The translations under genes were made by a program, and so were the position numbers. Positions 9,528 through 19,308 of a DNA stretch of 64,000 bases are shown here, in pieces (the stretch's first letter is position 1; each line of letters begins with the position of its first letter). The DNA is from Myxococcota bacterium (GTDB taxonomy: Bacteria > Myxococcota_A > UBA9160 > SZUA-336), in the NCBI GenBank assembly GCA_965247115.1, contig CBDFGR010000002.1, positions 608,001-672,000 on the forward strand. Direction: 5' to 3'. The notes beneath the pieces were generated by a model that was not told the origin of the DNA, did no database searches, and was given only the letters and a program-made list of their open reading frames with translations.

Positions 9528-10232
9528 CTACACCTTCAGCCAGGGCGAAGCGCGCGCTCCCCCAGGCACGTCCCATGGATCGAGTAGCCCATGCCGCCGC
9601 CACCCCTGGGCCAGCAGCCACGTGTGGGGGGCGGCAACCGATCGAGAATCCGGACGACACTCGACTCGCGCCCTACTCCTCTTCCAACCGTCAAACCAGC
9701 GCCCCGATGAAGCGGGATCCAGCTCCTGGAGCGCCCTGCGGCGATGCCGCGCCGCGTTGAGCAGAACGTACCGGATCGCATTCCGAACCTGGCGCGGCGT
9801 CTTCAGTATCCGCAGATGGTATCGGTCCGCCAGCAGCCGGCCCCGCCACCCGAACGCTCGACGCATCGCCCATCCCATCCTCTTAGCAAGAGACTTCATC
9901 CCGCGACCGAGCGCGTACTGATCCCTTGCCTCGACAATGACGTGCGCATGGTCCCGCAAGAGCGCGTAGTGCACCAGGCGGAAGTCCCCCCGGTCGCAAC
10001 CACCCACGAGCGAAGCTTCGAACGCCCTCACAAAGGCCGGAGCTCGTGGCGACGGAACACCCGCGCGCAGCCGCAGCGTCACGTGGCAGGGATGTCGCGA
10101 CGAGAGAGTCGGCCGACTCTCGTGCCGAACCCGAGGATTCGGTCCGGGCCTACGCCCGGCACCGTTGCGCCAGCCGCCATGACGGGCTTGAGCCCGTAGG
10201 TCAAGCACGAGCTGTCGGTCCAACCTCTTCAC
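9528..10232 (-). mobile_element. REP-associated tyrosine transposase (RAYT)-like Y1 HUH transposase
   Basis: HGGWRNGAGRRP N-terminus, PCHVTLR, HUH motif DHAHVIVE, DRYH, catalytic-Tyr motif IRYVLLN. Confidence 0.75.
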
Positions 10233-10455
10233 ATGTTCACCAATCAGTGTTGATAGCGGCTTTCTTTAGATTAGTGGTGTTTCAGAGGGCTCGGTGTCGG
10301 TTTCACTCGAGTTTCCGCCCGACAGAGAACTCCACCAAGCGAGCGGGGCCGCGCCACCCGACCCACCATTCGAGCCAATCAGCGACGGTGCGTATGAAGG
10401 ACAACAGAGCGGGTGTTCACGGACCGTCTTGGCGCCCGTTGCGAGGCGGGAGGAA

Positions 10456-11739
10456 CTAGGTCTGCGCGAGCGGTCTGCCGGGTGTGAACTCGCACGGCAT
10501 GCGCTTCAGGCCGTGGATGAAGTTCGACGCCAGGCGTTCCGGGTCCGCGCTCACGCGGAGGTCGGGCAGGCGCTGGAAGATCTGGCGGAAGGCCACGAGC
10601 ATCTCGCGCCGGGCGAGGTGGGCTCCCATGCAGAAATGGGCCCCCGGCCCGCCGAAGCCGACGTGCTCGTTCGGGCTGCGCGTGATGTCGAAGCGATGCG
10701 GCTCGTCGAATACCGCCTCGTCGCGGTTCGCCGAGTTGTAGAACATCACCACCTTCTCGCCCTCGCGGATCTTCTGGCCCGAGAGCTCGGTGTCGCGCGT
10801 CGCCGTGCGCCGGAAGTAGATGACGGGGGTCGCCCAGCGCACGATCTCCTCGATCGCGGTAGGAGCCATGCTCTCGAAGTCCGCCGCCCACTTCGCGCGC
10901 TGCTCCGGGTGATCGGAGAGCGCCTTCATCCCGTGACTGATCGCGTTGCGCGTCGTCTCGTTGCCGGCCACGACCAGCAAGACGAAGAACGACCCGAGTT
11001 CTGACTCGTCGAGCTTCTCGCCCTCGAGCTCCGCGTTCACGAGTGACGAGGTCAGGTCGTCGGTCGGGTTCTTGATACGCTCCCGACCCAACTCCTGCAC
11101 CAGCTGGGCGAGCTCGGCGCCAGCACCGAGCAGCGCGGGAACGAGCTTCTCCGGTTCGGACACGTACTCGGGATCAGTGGCCCCCAGGATCACGTTTGTG
11201 CGGTCGAACACGAACTGATGCTGGCTCTCGGGAATGCCCATCATGTTGCAGATGATCCAGAGCGGCAACGGAGCGGCGATATCCCCGACGAAGTCGCACT
11301 CCCCGCGCTCAATCACGGCGTCGATCACGCGCGTCGCGATCCGCGCCACGTCCTCTTCCGTCTGACGAATCATGCGCGGCGTGAAGCCACGCGAGACGAT
11401 TCGTCGCAGCCGCGCGTGCCTGGGGTCGTCCATGCTGATCATCGACCCGAAGAACTCCTGGAACGGCTGGGGCAGATCGCCAATGTTCGTGCCCTTCCCG
11501 GAGCAGTAGAGCTGCGCGTTTCGGCTGATCTTCAGCACGTCGGCGTGACGTGTCACTGCCCAGTAGCCGGGGCCCTGCGGGAGGCCCTCGAGGATGGTCT
11601 CGGGCTCCGCGTGGAAGGAGATCGGCCGCTCGCGCCGAAGGGTCTGGAACGCGCCCTCGCGCTCCTCGAGCGGACGCCTCCAGAAGTCGCTCGACGACAG
11701 CTCGATCTCGTCGACCGCGAGAACGGGGACAGGCTGCAT
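10456..11739 (-). CDS. Cytochrome P450, CYP124/CYP125-like
   Basis: I-helix VAGNETTRN, K-helix EEIVRW, heme motif HVGFGGPGAHFCMGAHLARRE. Confidence 0.93.
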   Translation of the reverse strand: MQPVPVLAVDEIELSSSDFWRRPLEEREGAFQTLRRERPISFHAEPETILEGLPQGPGYWAVTRHADVLKISRNAQLYCSGKGTNIGDLPQPFQEFFGSMISMDDPRHARLRRIVSRGFTPRMIRQTEEDVARIATRVIDAVIERGECDFVGDIAAPLPLWIICNMMGIPESQHQFVFDRTNVILGATDPEYVSEPEKLVPALLGAGAELAQLVQELGRERIKNPTDDLTSSLVNAELEGEKLDESELGSFFVLLVVAGNETTRNAISHGMKALSDHPEQRAKWAADFESMAPTAIEEIVRWATPVIYFRRTATRDTELSGQKIREGEKVVMFYNSANRDEAVFDEPHRFDITRSPNEHVGFGGPGAHFCMGAHLARREMLVAFRQIFQRLPDLRVSADPERLASNFIHGLKRMPCEFTPGRPLAQT

Positions 11740-11759
11740 GGGTCCTCCTACGCTCGATT

Positions 11760-12895
11760 CTACAGATCGTAGGCCGTGGTGACCGCGTCGCCCAGAAGGT
11801 TCCTGCCCGTCGTCTCCGAGAGCCCGGAAACCAGGCGCTCGAGCTCGTCCATGTAGTTCTCGGGATGATCGAAGTGGGGGAAGTCGGTGGCCCAGAAGAA
11901 GCGGTCGTTTCCGACGTGGTCGATGATGAGCGGGAGGGCCGTCTCGTCGGGGTCTCGGAGATCCAGCACTGCCGGCGGAAGTAGAAGCTCGGCTTCTCCT
12001 TGAGCGGCACGCTGTCGCCGAGGCTTGTCTCGTACGTGGCGTCCATGCGGTCGAGAGAGGCCCCGATCCAGCCCGCGCCCGACTCGAGCACGATCGTCTT
12101 GACCGCTGGGAAGCGATCGAAGAGGCCCCACTGGAACAGCCCGTAGAAGGCCTGCTGCGGACCCTGCATGCCGAGCGCGTTCTGCATCCAGCGGGCCTGC
12201 TTCATGCCGTCGAAGCGCTGGTACGTGCGGATCTTCGGGTGCTCTGACATGGGGTGAATCGCGACGGGCACACCGAGGTCCTGGGCCTTCGCCCAGAACG
12301 GGTCGTGCTCCGTGTGCGCGTGCGGGATCCGGGTGAGCGTGTAGGGCGAGAGGAAGGCCCCCTTTGCCCCGGAGCGGACGGAACGCTCGAGCTCCGCTGC
12401 GGCCTCCCCGGGATCGACGAGCGAGATGTGCGCGATGGCGACCAGACGCCCGGCGGTGTCGCTGCAGAACTCGCAGATCCAGCGGTTGTACGCGCGCGCG
12501 TAGGCCAAATGGAGCTCCGGGTCCTCGAGCTCGCACTCCCAGGTCAGGCCAAGGGTCGGGTAGAGGATGGCCTTGGCCAGCCCTTCGCGATCGAGGAGCG
12601 CGACCCGCTCCTTTGGATCGGTCGATCCGAAGGGCGCGCCAGCCAGGTAGTCGAGGCTCGACAGCACCCCCAGCTCCTCACCGGACTTGCCCATGCCACC
12701 ACCGAGGATGTTGAGGCCGGAGGGGGTCAGGAACCGGGACGGCTTTCCCCCGATCTCGATCACCTCGCGATCGCCGTGCACGGTCAGCCGCAGCGCGCGT
12801 TCGCGCAGCGGAGGATCGATGTAGCGCTCCCACAGATCGAGTGGCTCGAGGATGTGCCCATCGGCGTCGACGACGTTGTCGTATGAGAGCGCCAT
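11760..12895 (-). pseudogene. Amidohydrolase family protein split by a 1-nt frameshift near 11956
   Basis: N-terminal frame VDADGHILEP...LESGAGW...RQCWIS. The C-terminus continues in another frame: DPDETAL...FFWATDFPHFD...AYDL*. May be a sequencing indel. Confidence 0.8.
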
Positions 12896-13014
12896 GCGAG
12901 GCCTCCTCTACGGAAGCCTACCACCGCTCGAAGACAAGGTGCGTCGAGGTGATCGCGGATCATCTCCGGCAGATCAGCCGGAATCTCTTCAGTCATGCTG
13001 TCTGCCGCCGCTTG

Positions 13015-13956
13015 TTAGACCGCGTACAGCCTGCGCAGCCCGCGGCTCGCCGTCACCAGAAACGCCGAGAGGTGGGTCTCGTTCTCGAGCACCTCGTGGC
13101 TCCACACGAGCCCAGGATAGCGGCGCTCCTCGAGCAGGCGGACGAGCTTGTGGTAGTTGGCCACGAGCACCTGGAACGGACCGTCGGGCTCGGCCTGCTC
13201 GAGCTCGCCCAAAGCGATGTACGCCATGGCGTCGAATGGCTCGCCGGATCGGGCTTCCTCGAGGTCAAAGAGGACGTCCCTCTCCCCGAACACGGCCGGG
13301 TTCCCGATGATGTAGCGGTCGAAGAGAGGCGAGCGCGAGAACAGCGCGTACAGCTCGAAGAGCCCGCCGTACGAGCCTCCCAGGAGCCCGGCTTTAGCCT
13401 GAACGGCCGGATAGCTCTCGCGGATGCGCGGATCGAGCTCCTCCTCGATGAAGCGAAGGAAACGGTCGGCTCCGCCCACCTCGAGGTCCGCACCGATGGC
13501 CTGTTTGAGAAACTCCGGCGCCGGCGTGCCGGGCGGCGAGTAATCGCGAACCACGCCGGGAATGCGGAGTAGGACCCCGGAGTCGAGCAGCTCCTCGGCA
13601 ACCGGGTACCCGATGCCCACGACAAGCAGCGACTCGATCGGCGAGGTCCCGTCGCTTGCAAGCAGACGTGCGAGCTCCGCGATGCTGGCAAAGGTGATGT
13701 TCCCATCGAGCACGTAGAGAATGCGGCCGCGCTCTGGCGTCGGGCCCGACAACGAGAGGAGACGCGCCACCGATATCTCGTAGCTGTCGCCGACGTGCTG
13801 GGACTTCATCGTGAACCGGTCGGAGGAAACAAGCGGGGCGGAGGTCACTTCTGACACGCTGGCTCTCCTGTCCGGTTCCGGCTCCCCCAACCCGGCCGCA
13901 AGGTAGCCTGCTCCCCCTGCTCCGATGGCCGTCAGCATGTCGCGGCGCGTGATCAC
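13015..13956 (-). CDS. Alpha/beta-hydrolase esterase (IroE/BesA-like) with probable Tat signal
   Basis: MITRRDML plus hydrophobic stretch. LYVLDGN, VVGIGYP, GGADRFLRFIEEEL, GGSYGG, ENETH. Confidence 0.82.
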   Translation of the reverse strand: MITRRDMLTAIGAGGAGYLAAGLGEPEPDRRASVSEVTSAPLVSSDRFTMKSQHVGDSYEISVARLLSLSGPTPERGRILYVLDGNITFASIAELARLLASDGTSPIESLLVVGIGYPVAEELLDSGVLLRIPGVVRDYSPPGTPAPEFLKQAIGADLEVGGADRFLRFIEEELDPRIRESYPAVQAKAGLLGGSYGGLFELYALFSRSPLFDRYIIGNPAVFGERDVLFDLEEARSGEPFDAMAYIALGELEQAEPDGPFQVLVANYHKLVRLLEERRYPGLVWSHEVLENETHLSAFLVTASRGLRRLYAV

Positions 13957-15188
13957 TAGGCGCGCAGGTCCTTGACGACCTCGCCGCTCTTCACCACGAG
14001 CAGGATCTTCTCACGCTCGTTCCAGAGCTCGGGCTTGTCGAGCGGGTTGCCATCGATCGCGATCAGGTCGGCGATCCTGCCCTCCTCGAGCGTTCCGAGC
14101 GAGTCTCCCATGCCGATGATCTCCGCGTTCGTTCGGGTCGCAGAGATGAGGGCCTCCATGGGCCCGATGATCTCGGATTTCAGTATGAGCTCCAGGCCAC
14201 GGTCTCGCTGGTCGGGCCCGATGAGGTCCGAGCCCGAGCCCACGCGGAGCCCGGCCTCGCGCGAGGCGAGCACGGCGTCTGCCATCGCCTCATAGGTCCC
14301 CCGCGAGCGCTCGGCAATGACCGGAGGCAGTCCCATCGCGGTGACGTTCTCCTGGATCTTGCGCACAACGGCAAACGTGGGCACGTGGCTGACACCGTGC
14401 TCCGCCATCAGCGCGCCGGTGGCCTCGTCGATCTGGGTCCCGTGCTCCACGCACTTCGCGCCGGCCTCCACCGCGTTGCGAATGCCCTGGTTGTTGTGGG
14501 CGTGAACGGTCACGTAGCTGCCGCGGGCCTCGGCCTCGAGCACGGCAGCGCGGATCTCCTCGACCGTGAACTGGGTATCGGTCAGCCGGTCGTTGCGGGA
14601 GACGACGCCCCCGGTGACGCACATCTTGATGAAGCTCGCACCGCGCCGGAAGCACTCGCGGGCGTTGCGGCGCACCTCATCAGCACCGTCGGAGATCAAG
14701 CTGAAGGCGCTGAGCCCCGGGACGTGGTGGTTGTGCCAGTCGCAGGACGGCTCCCACTCCGCGCCGAAGTGCCCGTGGCCGCCCGTCTGGCACAGCAGCG
14801 GCCCGCAGTGAATGGCGCGCGGACCGCGCACGAGACCCTTCGCGATCGTACTGACGATGCCGTCGTCGATCCCTCCCGTGTCGCGCACCGTGGTAAACCC
14901 GGCGTCCAGCGTCTGCTCGCAGTTCCGGAACATGGCCGCGGCCGTCTCGGCGACCGAGATCGACCACCCCATGGCCCGGGAGAGATCGGTCGACGTTCCG
15001 ATGTGTACGTGCGCGTCGATCAAGCCTGGCATGAGCGTCAGCCCGGTCAGGTCCACCACCTCCGCACCCCGCGGCGCAGAGCCACCGAGGCGCGTGATGC
15101 ATCCGTCCTCGACCACCACCGTGCTATCGCCCACGGGATCACGCCCCGTGCCGTCGATCAGCGTCGCTCCTCGCAAGACGATCGCCAT
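13956..15188 (-). CDS. Metal-dependent amidohydrolase (Xaa-Pro dipeptidase-like)
   Basis: LMPGLIDAHVH, GFTTVRDTGG, QTGGHG, IKMCVTGGV, VHAH, VEHG, GSD, ADLIAIDGNPL. Confidence 0.9.
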   Translation of the reverse strand: MAIVLRGATLIDGTGRDPVGDSTVVVEDGCITRLGGSAPRGAEVVDLTGLTLMPGLIDAHVHIGTSTDLSRAMGWSISVAETAAAMFRNCEQTLDAGFTTVRDTGGIDDGIVSTIAKGLVRGPRAIHCGPLLCQTGGHGHFGAEWEPSCDWHNHHVPGLSAFSLISDGADEVRRNARECFRRGASFIKMCVTGGVVSRNDRLTDTQFTVEEIRAAVLEAEARGSYVTVHAHNNQGIRNAVEAGAKCVEHGTQIDEATGALMAEHGVSHVPTFAVVRKIQENVTAMGLPPVIAERSRGTYEAMADAVLASREAGLRVGSGSDLIGPDQRDRGLELILKSEIIGPMEALISATRTNAEIIGMGDSLGTLEEGRIADLIAIDGNPLDKPELWNEREKILLVVKSGEVVKDLRA

Positions 15189-15321
15189 GTCTCGCCCTCC
15201 TGCCTCCCCGAGCTTGTCACCGCGGCCGGCAGACGGTCAAGCAAGCAGATCTCGGGTGGCCTTGCGAGAGAGCTCCTCACGCACCAGCGCCCCATGGGGA
15301 CCATACCCTCGTCGGCAGTTG

Positions 15322-15405
15322 CCGAACTTAGGGACGGTCCTTAATCCGAACTTTTTTCGTCCGATCGAGGAGTTAGTTCGGATTAAGGACCGTCCCTAAG
15401 TTCGG
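15322..15405. repeat. Perfect 31-bp inverted repeat with 22-nt spacer (REPIN/MITE-like)
   Basis: ccgaacttagggacggtccttaatccgaact (15322-15352) is the exact reverse complement of 15375-15405. Confidence 0.9.
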
Positions 15406-16585
15406 GCGCGATAGAAGGGTTGCCGAGTTCCGACGGGAGTCGCAAGGCGAGGGGAAGGGCGAAGGCGAGAGCGAGCCCGCACCACGCTGCGACAAGCCAG
15501 CCCAGGCCGGGGAACCCGTAGCCGGCTGCGGCGAGGCCCGTTGCGGCCGGCCCGATCGCTCCGCCCACGGTGCGCGCGCCCGCAGCGGCCGCGCTCCAGC
15601 GCCCTCGCGGATCGAGCGCGGCAAGGCTCCCCATCACGTAGGTGAACGCGACGAAGATGGTACCACCCCAGACGGCCAGCAGGACGGCGTAGGGGCGGCT
15701 TGCTGTGACGTGCCCGATGGAGATGGCGGTCCCGAGCATGATCAGCAGGGTTGCTGTGAGCGGCACGATTCGTCCAGCGCGCGTGCCGAGCCAGGCAGCG
15801 AAGACCGCGCTCACGGCGCTGGCCAGCGTTGCAATGGCAAGCACGTTGCCCATCTCCGCGATGGACAAGCCGACGCCACTACCGATCCGCTCGGCGAACG
15901 CCCACACGCCAAGATCGGACGCACCGAGCAAGACCACCGCGAGCATTGCGGGCAGAGCGAGCGCCCGCCCGGGCGCATCGCGCAACCGCGACCCTCTTCC
16001 GGCGTCCTCGATAGGGGCACGCGGCAGCCACACGACGAGGGGAAGTGCGAGAAGCGAGATTCCCGCCAGGACCGCGTAGCCGCCCGCATACCCGGCCGGC
16101 TCGAGCGCGTACGGCATGAGTGCAAGTTCGATCGCACCGAGCGGTGTGGACACTGCGAAGAACAGCGCGAAAATGCGGTCAGGCTGTGACGATGCTGCGA
16201 TGGCGGCTTGGGCCGCGGCGGCCGCCATGCCGATTCCCGCGCCGGCGACCAAGCGCGAGATCACGAGCCAGGTGAAGCTCTCCGCGGGCACGCCAATCGC
16301 GTGGCCGACGACAGAGATCGCGGTCCCGAGCGCGGCGAAGGCAACGCGCGAGCGGCGCGCTACGACCGGTGTGAGCCCGATGGCAAAGACTGCAATCGCG
16401 GCGAGTTCACATGCGCTGAGCAGGCCTATCCGCTCTGCCCCGAAGCCGAGCTGCTCCGAGATCGAGCCGAGCAGCAGCGGCAGCGCGCTTCCGCTGAAGA
16501 ATTGCAGGCCCAGCGCGGCCACTACCGAGATGACTACACGCACCTCGATCTGACTGGAACGACTTCCCGAATCCGTGGACCTCAC
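15383..16585 (-). CDS. MFS transporter
   Basis: Multiple hydrophobic segments, SRLVAGAGIG, WAFAERIG, AALDPRGRW. Paralog of 25718-26926. Confidence 0.85.
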   Translation of the reverse strand: MRSTDSGSRSSQIEVRVVISVVAALGLQFFSGSALPLLLGSISEQLGFGAERIGLLSACELAAIAVFAIGLTPVVARRSRVAFAALGTAISVVGHAIGVPAESFTWLVISRLVAGAGIGMAAAAAQAAIAASSQPDRIFALFFAVSTPLGAIELALMPYALEPAGYAGGYAVLAGISLLALPLVVWLPRAPIEDAGRGSRLRDAPGRALALPAMLAVVLLGASDLGVWAFAERIGSGVGLSIAEMGNVLAIATLASAVSAVFAAWLGTRAGRIVPLTATLLIMLGTAISIGHVTASRPYAVLLAVWGGTIFVAFTYVMGSLAALDPRGRWSAAAAGARTVGGAIGPAATGLAAAGYGFPGLGWLVAAWCGLALAFALPLALRLPSELGNPSIAPELRDGP

Positions 16586-16637
16586 GGCGCCTGTGCGACC
16601 GCGTCGATCTCGGTCGACATCTCTTCGTGCAGGAGGC

Positions 16638-17495
16638 CTACGGCTGCTCGATCACGGGATTTTCGAGACGGCCAACGCCCTCGATCTCGATGCGCACGAC
16701 AGCGCCGGCTCGCAGGTACTGCGGCGGATCCATCGCGAATCCAACACCGCCAGGCGTACCGGTCGACACGATCGTTCCCGGCAGCAGCGTGAAGACCGTG
16801 GACAGGGTCTCGACCTGAGCGTAGCAGTCGTAGACCAGGTTCTTGGTGTTGGAGTCCTGGCGCAGCTCCCCGTTCACCCAGGTTTGCAGCCGCAAGCCAT
16901 GCGGATCGCCGAGCTCGTCAGGGGTCACGATCCAGGGGCCGATGGGGCCGTGCGTGTCGAACGACTTCCCAAGGGTCATGGTCGGAGCCCGAAATTGCCA
17001 GTCGCGCACGCTCACGTCGTTGACCACCAGGTAACCGGCGATCACCTCGTGCGCGCGTTCGCGGGAGACGTTCCGCGCGGGGCGACCGATGACGAAGCCG
17101 AGCTCGCCCTCGTAGTCGAGCTGGTCCGAGACCCGCGGGAGGTGGATCGGATCGTGCGGCCCGGTCACACAGCTGGTCTGCTTGTTGAAGAACAGGGGGA
17201 ACTCCGGGGTTCCGAGCCCGGCCTCCGCGATGTGGTCCGTGTAGTTGAGGCCGATTGCGAGAAACTCCGGTGGCCTCAGCACGGGCGCTTCGAGCTTCAC
17301 CTCGCCGAGAGGAAGCAGGGACCTCGAGGCGGCAACTGCGCCGCGGGCGGCTTCGAGGGCCGCCTCTCCGGCTGCGAGGAAGGCGGTCATCTCCGTCGGC
17401 AGATTCGGTTCGGCCGCCGACAGGTCGACCACTGCGTCGCCCTCGACGACGCCGATTCGGGTCCGGCCCCCGTGGGTGAACGTGGTGAGCTTCAT
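16638..17495 (-). CDS. Fumarylacetoacetate hydrolase family protein
   Basis: IGLNYTDH, LDYEGELGFVIG, NDVSVRD, GKSFDT, TGTPGGVG. Confidence 0.93.
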   Translation of the reverse strand: MKLTTFTHGGRTRIGVVEGDAVVDLSAAEPNLPTEMTAFLAAGEAALEAARGAVAASRSLLPLGEVKLEAPVLRPPEFLAIGLNYTDHIAEAGLGTPEFPLFFNKQTSCVTGPHDPIHLPRVSDQLDYEGELGFVIGRPARNVSRERAHEVIAGYLVVNDVSVRDWQFRAPTMTLGKSFDTHGPIGPWIVTPDELGDPHGLRLQTWVNGELRQDSNTKNLVYDCYAQVETLSTVFTLLPGTIVSTGTPGGVGFAMDPPQYLRAGAVVRIEIEGVGRLENPVIEQP

Positions 17496-17499
17496 CCCA

Positions 17500-18300
17500 C
17501 TAGGCTCGGACGAAGTCGAGGATCAGCCGGCTCGTGGCGTCCGGCTGCTCGTACCCATAGTAGTGCCCGCAGTCGGGCACGATCTCGAGGCGGGAGCCAG
17601 GCAAGGCCTTGTGGAGGGCCTCGGACAGCGCCGGTGGCGTACGGCCGTCCTCGGCGCCGCAGATGATCAGAACGGCCGCGCGCACGCGCGCGAGCTTCGG
17701 TCCGAAGTCGGAGAGCTCGTCGAGCGCGCTCACCATCTCGGAGTAGTCATCCGAGCTGTTGCGCAGTAGCGTTTGCCGCATCTTCTCGACCGCGGCGGGG
17801 TTCTGCTCCCTGGAGTAGCGGCTAAACGCCGCTCGAGTGAAGTCGAAGGTCGCATCGATGATCTCCTCGACCGACGCCCCGCCATCCGCGAGCCGCTGTC
17901 GCGCCTCGAAGCCTGATTTGTCCTGCACGACCCTCTCCGGACCCGGCGACCCGATCGGGATCACGTGGCTCGCGCGATCGGGGTGCTCGGCCGCGAAGTT
18001 CAGGGTCACCGAGCCGCCGAGAGACCAGCCCGCGAGCGCCGGCCGCTCCAGCCCGAACGCGTCGAGCAAGTCGAGCAAGTCCCTGGTCCAGACGTCGAGC
18101 GACAGCTTCGGCTCGGGCGGGCGGGTCGTCTTTCCGAAGCCCCGCAGGTCGTAGCGGTAGACGCGCCTCTCTCGGGCGAGCGCCGGGACCATTTCGTCCC
18201 AGGTGATCAGATCCGCTCCGCCGCCGTGGACGAGCACGATCGGGGCGCCCTCGCCCGCAACCTCGTAGTTGACATCCAGGTCTCCGATGGTTCGCTGCAC
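17500..18300 (-). CDS. Alpha/beta hydrolase (PcaD/meta-cleavage hydrolase-like)
   Basis: LVHGGG, YDLRGFG, AGWSLGG nucleophile elbow, CGAED, DCGH. Confidence 0.9.
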   Translation of the reverse strand: MQRTIGDLDVNYEVAGEGAPIVLVHGGGADLITWDEMVPALARERRVYRYDLRGFGKTTRPPEPKLSLDVWTRDLLDLLDAFGLERPALAGWSLGGSVTLNFAAEHPDRASHVIPIGSPGPERVVQDKSGFEARQRLADGGASVEEIIDATFDFTRAAFSRYSREQNPAAVEKMRQTLLRNSSDDYSEMVSALDELSDFGPKLARVRAAVLIICGAEDGRTPPALSEALHKALPGSRLEIVPDCGHYYGYEQPDATSRLILDFVRA

Positions 18301-18312
18301 TCTTGGATCTCC

Positions 18313-19293
18313 TTACGCGGCCACGAGCCAGAACTCGCGCAGCTCGGCGGGCGCGAGTCCGGCGGGCGGCGCGCCGCGCGCCGCATAGAACTCGACTCCC
18401 AGCCCGTCGGGATCGCGCACGAACAGGCTGAGCTTTGCAGGGTGGTCGCGACGGACCTCGATCTCGATACCCGCGTCGCTCAACCTCGGCTCCGCGGACT
18501 CGAGGTCGGCCTCGGTCACCTCGAACGCCATGTGGTGGTAGCCAGCGGACTGGCCCCCCTCGGCCTGATAGAGCACCAGGGAGTAGGGAGCCGCGCTACC
18601 GCGCAGGACCGCCAGGCCAGCGTCCTCGGAGTAGATGACGTCGCTGAAGCCGCCAACCTCCCGGTAGAAGGCCAGCTGTAGGGCGAGGTCGGCGCAGCCG
18701 AGCGCCGCGTGAGTCGTGAGGCGGGACTGCACCAGCGCCTCCTCCACGCGAGCGAGGTCCGGATCGATCGAGTAGTTCCGCTCCCGCGACGGGGTGGAGG
18801 CGCCCGGCGTCCAGGGGCCGGTCACCAGCTTCCCTTCCAACTCGCCGAAGATAGCCCGCCAGTCCTTCGTCGAGTCGGACGTGAACTCGAGCATGTTCCG
18901 TTCCGCGTCGAGCAGGTACACACTCTTCGCGAGAGTGTGGTCGACCGTCATGATGATCTCTACACCGAACCCGACGGCCCGCTCGTGAGCCGCTACCAGC
19001 TCCGCCTCGTTCTCCATCTCGAACGCCAGATGGAACAGACCGGGCCGCCGCCCGAACTCTGAGGGCACGAGCAGCTGCCCTTCGCGGCCGATCAACGACT
19101 CCTCCGACAGCTGCGTGAGCCCGACGTCGTGGTGCGTATTACCGTTGCTCATGAAGCCGGCGTGGATGGCAGGCTCCTGGAAGCACTCCTCCAATCCCAC
19201 GACTCGATTGTAGAACTCCATCGAGCTGTGGACGTCGGAGATGAAGAGATTCGCGTGACCAAAGCGGCGCGGCCGGAACTGGGGCTCTGCCAT
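18313..19293 (-). CDS. Two-domain VOC protein, extradiol dioxygenase-like
   Basis: RFGHANL, NTHHDVGL, LFHLAFE, DH..KSVY..D...NMLEF. Second domain TH...HHMAFE...DPDGLGVEF. Confidence 0.82.
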   Translation of the reverse strand: MAEPQFRPRRFGHANLFISDVHSSMEFYNRVVGLEECFQEPAIHAGFMSNGNTHHDVGLTQLSEESLIGREGQLLVPSEFGRRPGLFHLAFEMENEAELVAAHERAVGFGVEIIMTVDHTLAKSVYLLDAERNMLEFTSDSTKDWRAIFGELEGKLVTGPWTPGASTPSRERNYSIDPDLARVEEALVQSRLTTHAALGCADLALQLAFYREVGGFSDVIYSEDAGLAVLRGSAAPYSLVLYQAEGGQSAGYHHMAFEVTEADLESAEPRLSDAGIEIEVRRDHPAKLSLFVRDPDGLGVEFYAARGAPPAGLAPAELREFWLVAA

Positions 19294-19308
19294 GACGAGT
19301 TCTCCTTC

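Noticed and set aside
11309..12895. 528-aa ORF as a single long protein overlapping the P450
   Set aside because: The tail after CWIS is out-of-frame read-through caused by the frameshift. The true C-terminus is in the frame ending at 11760.
15322..15405. Hairpin as a simple rho-independent terminator
   Set aside because: The 31-bp stem with a 22-nt loop, internal palindromes and no flanking U-tract are atypical of intrinsic terminators. A repeat element fits better.
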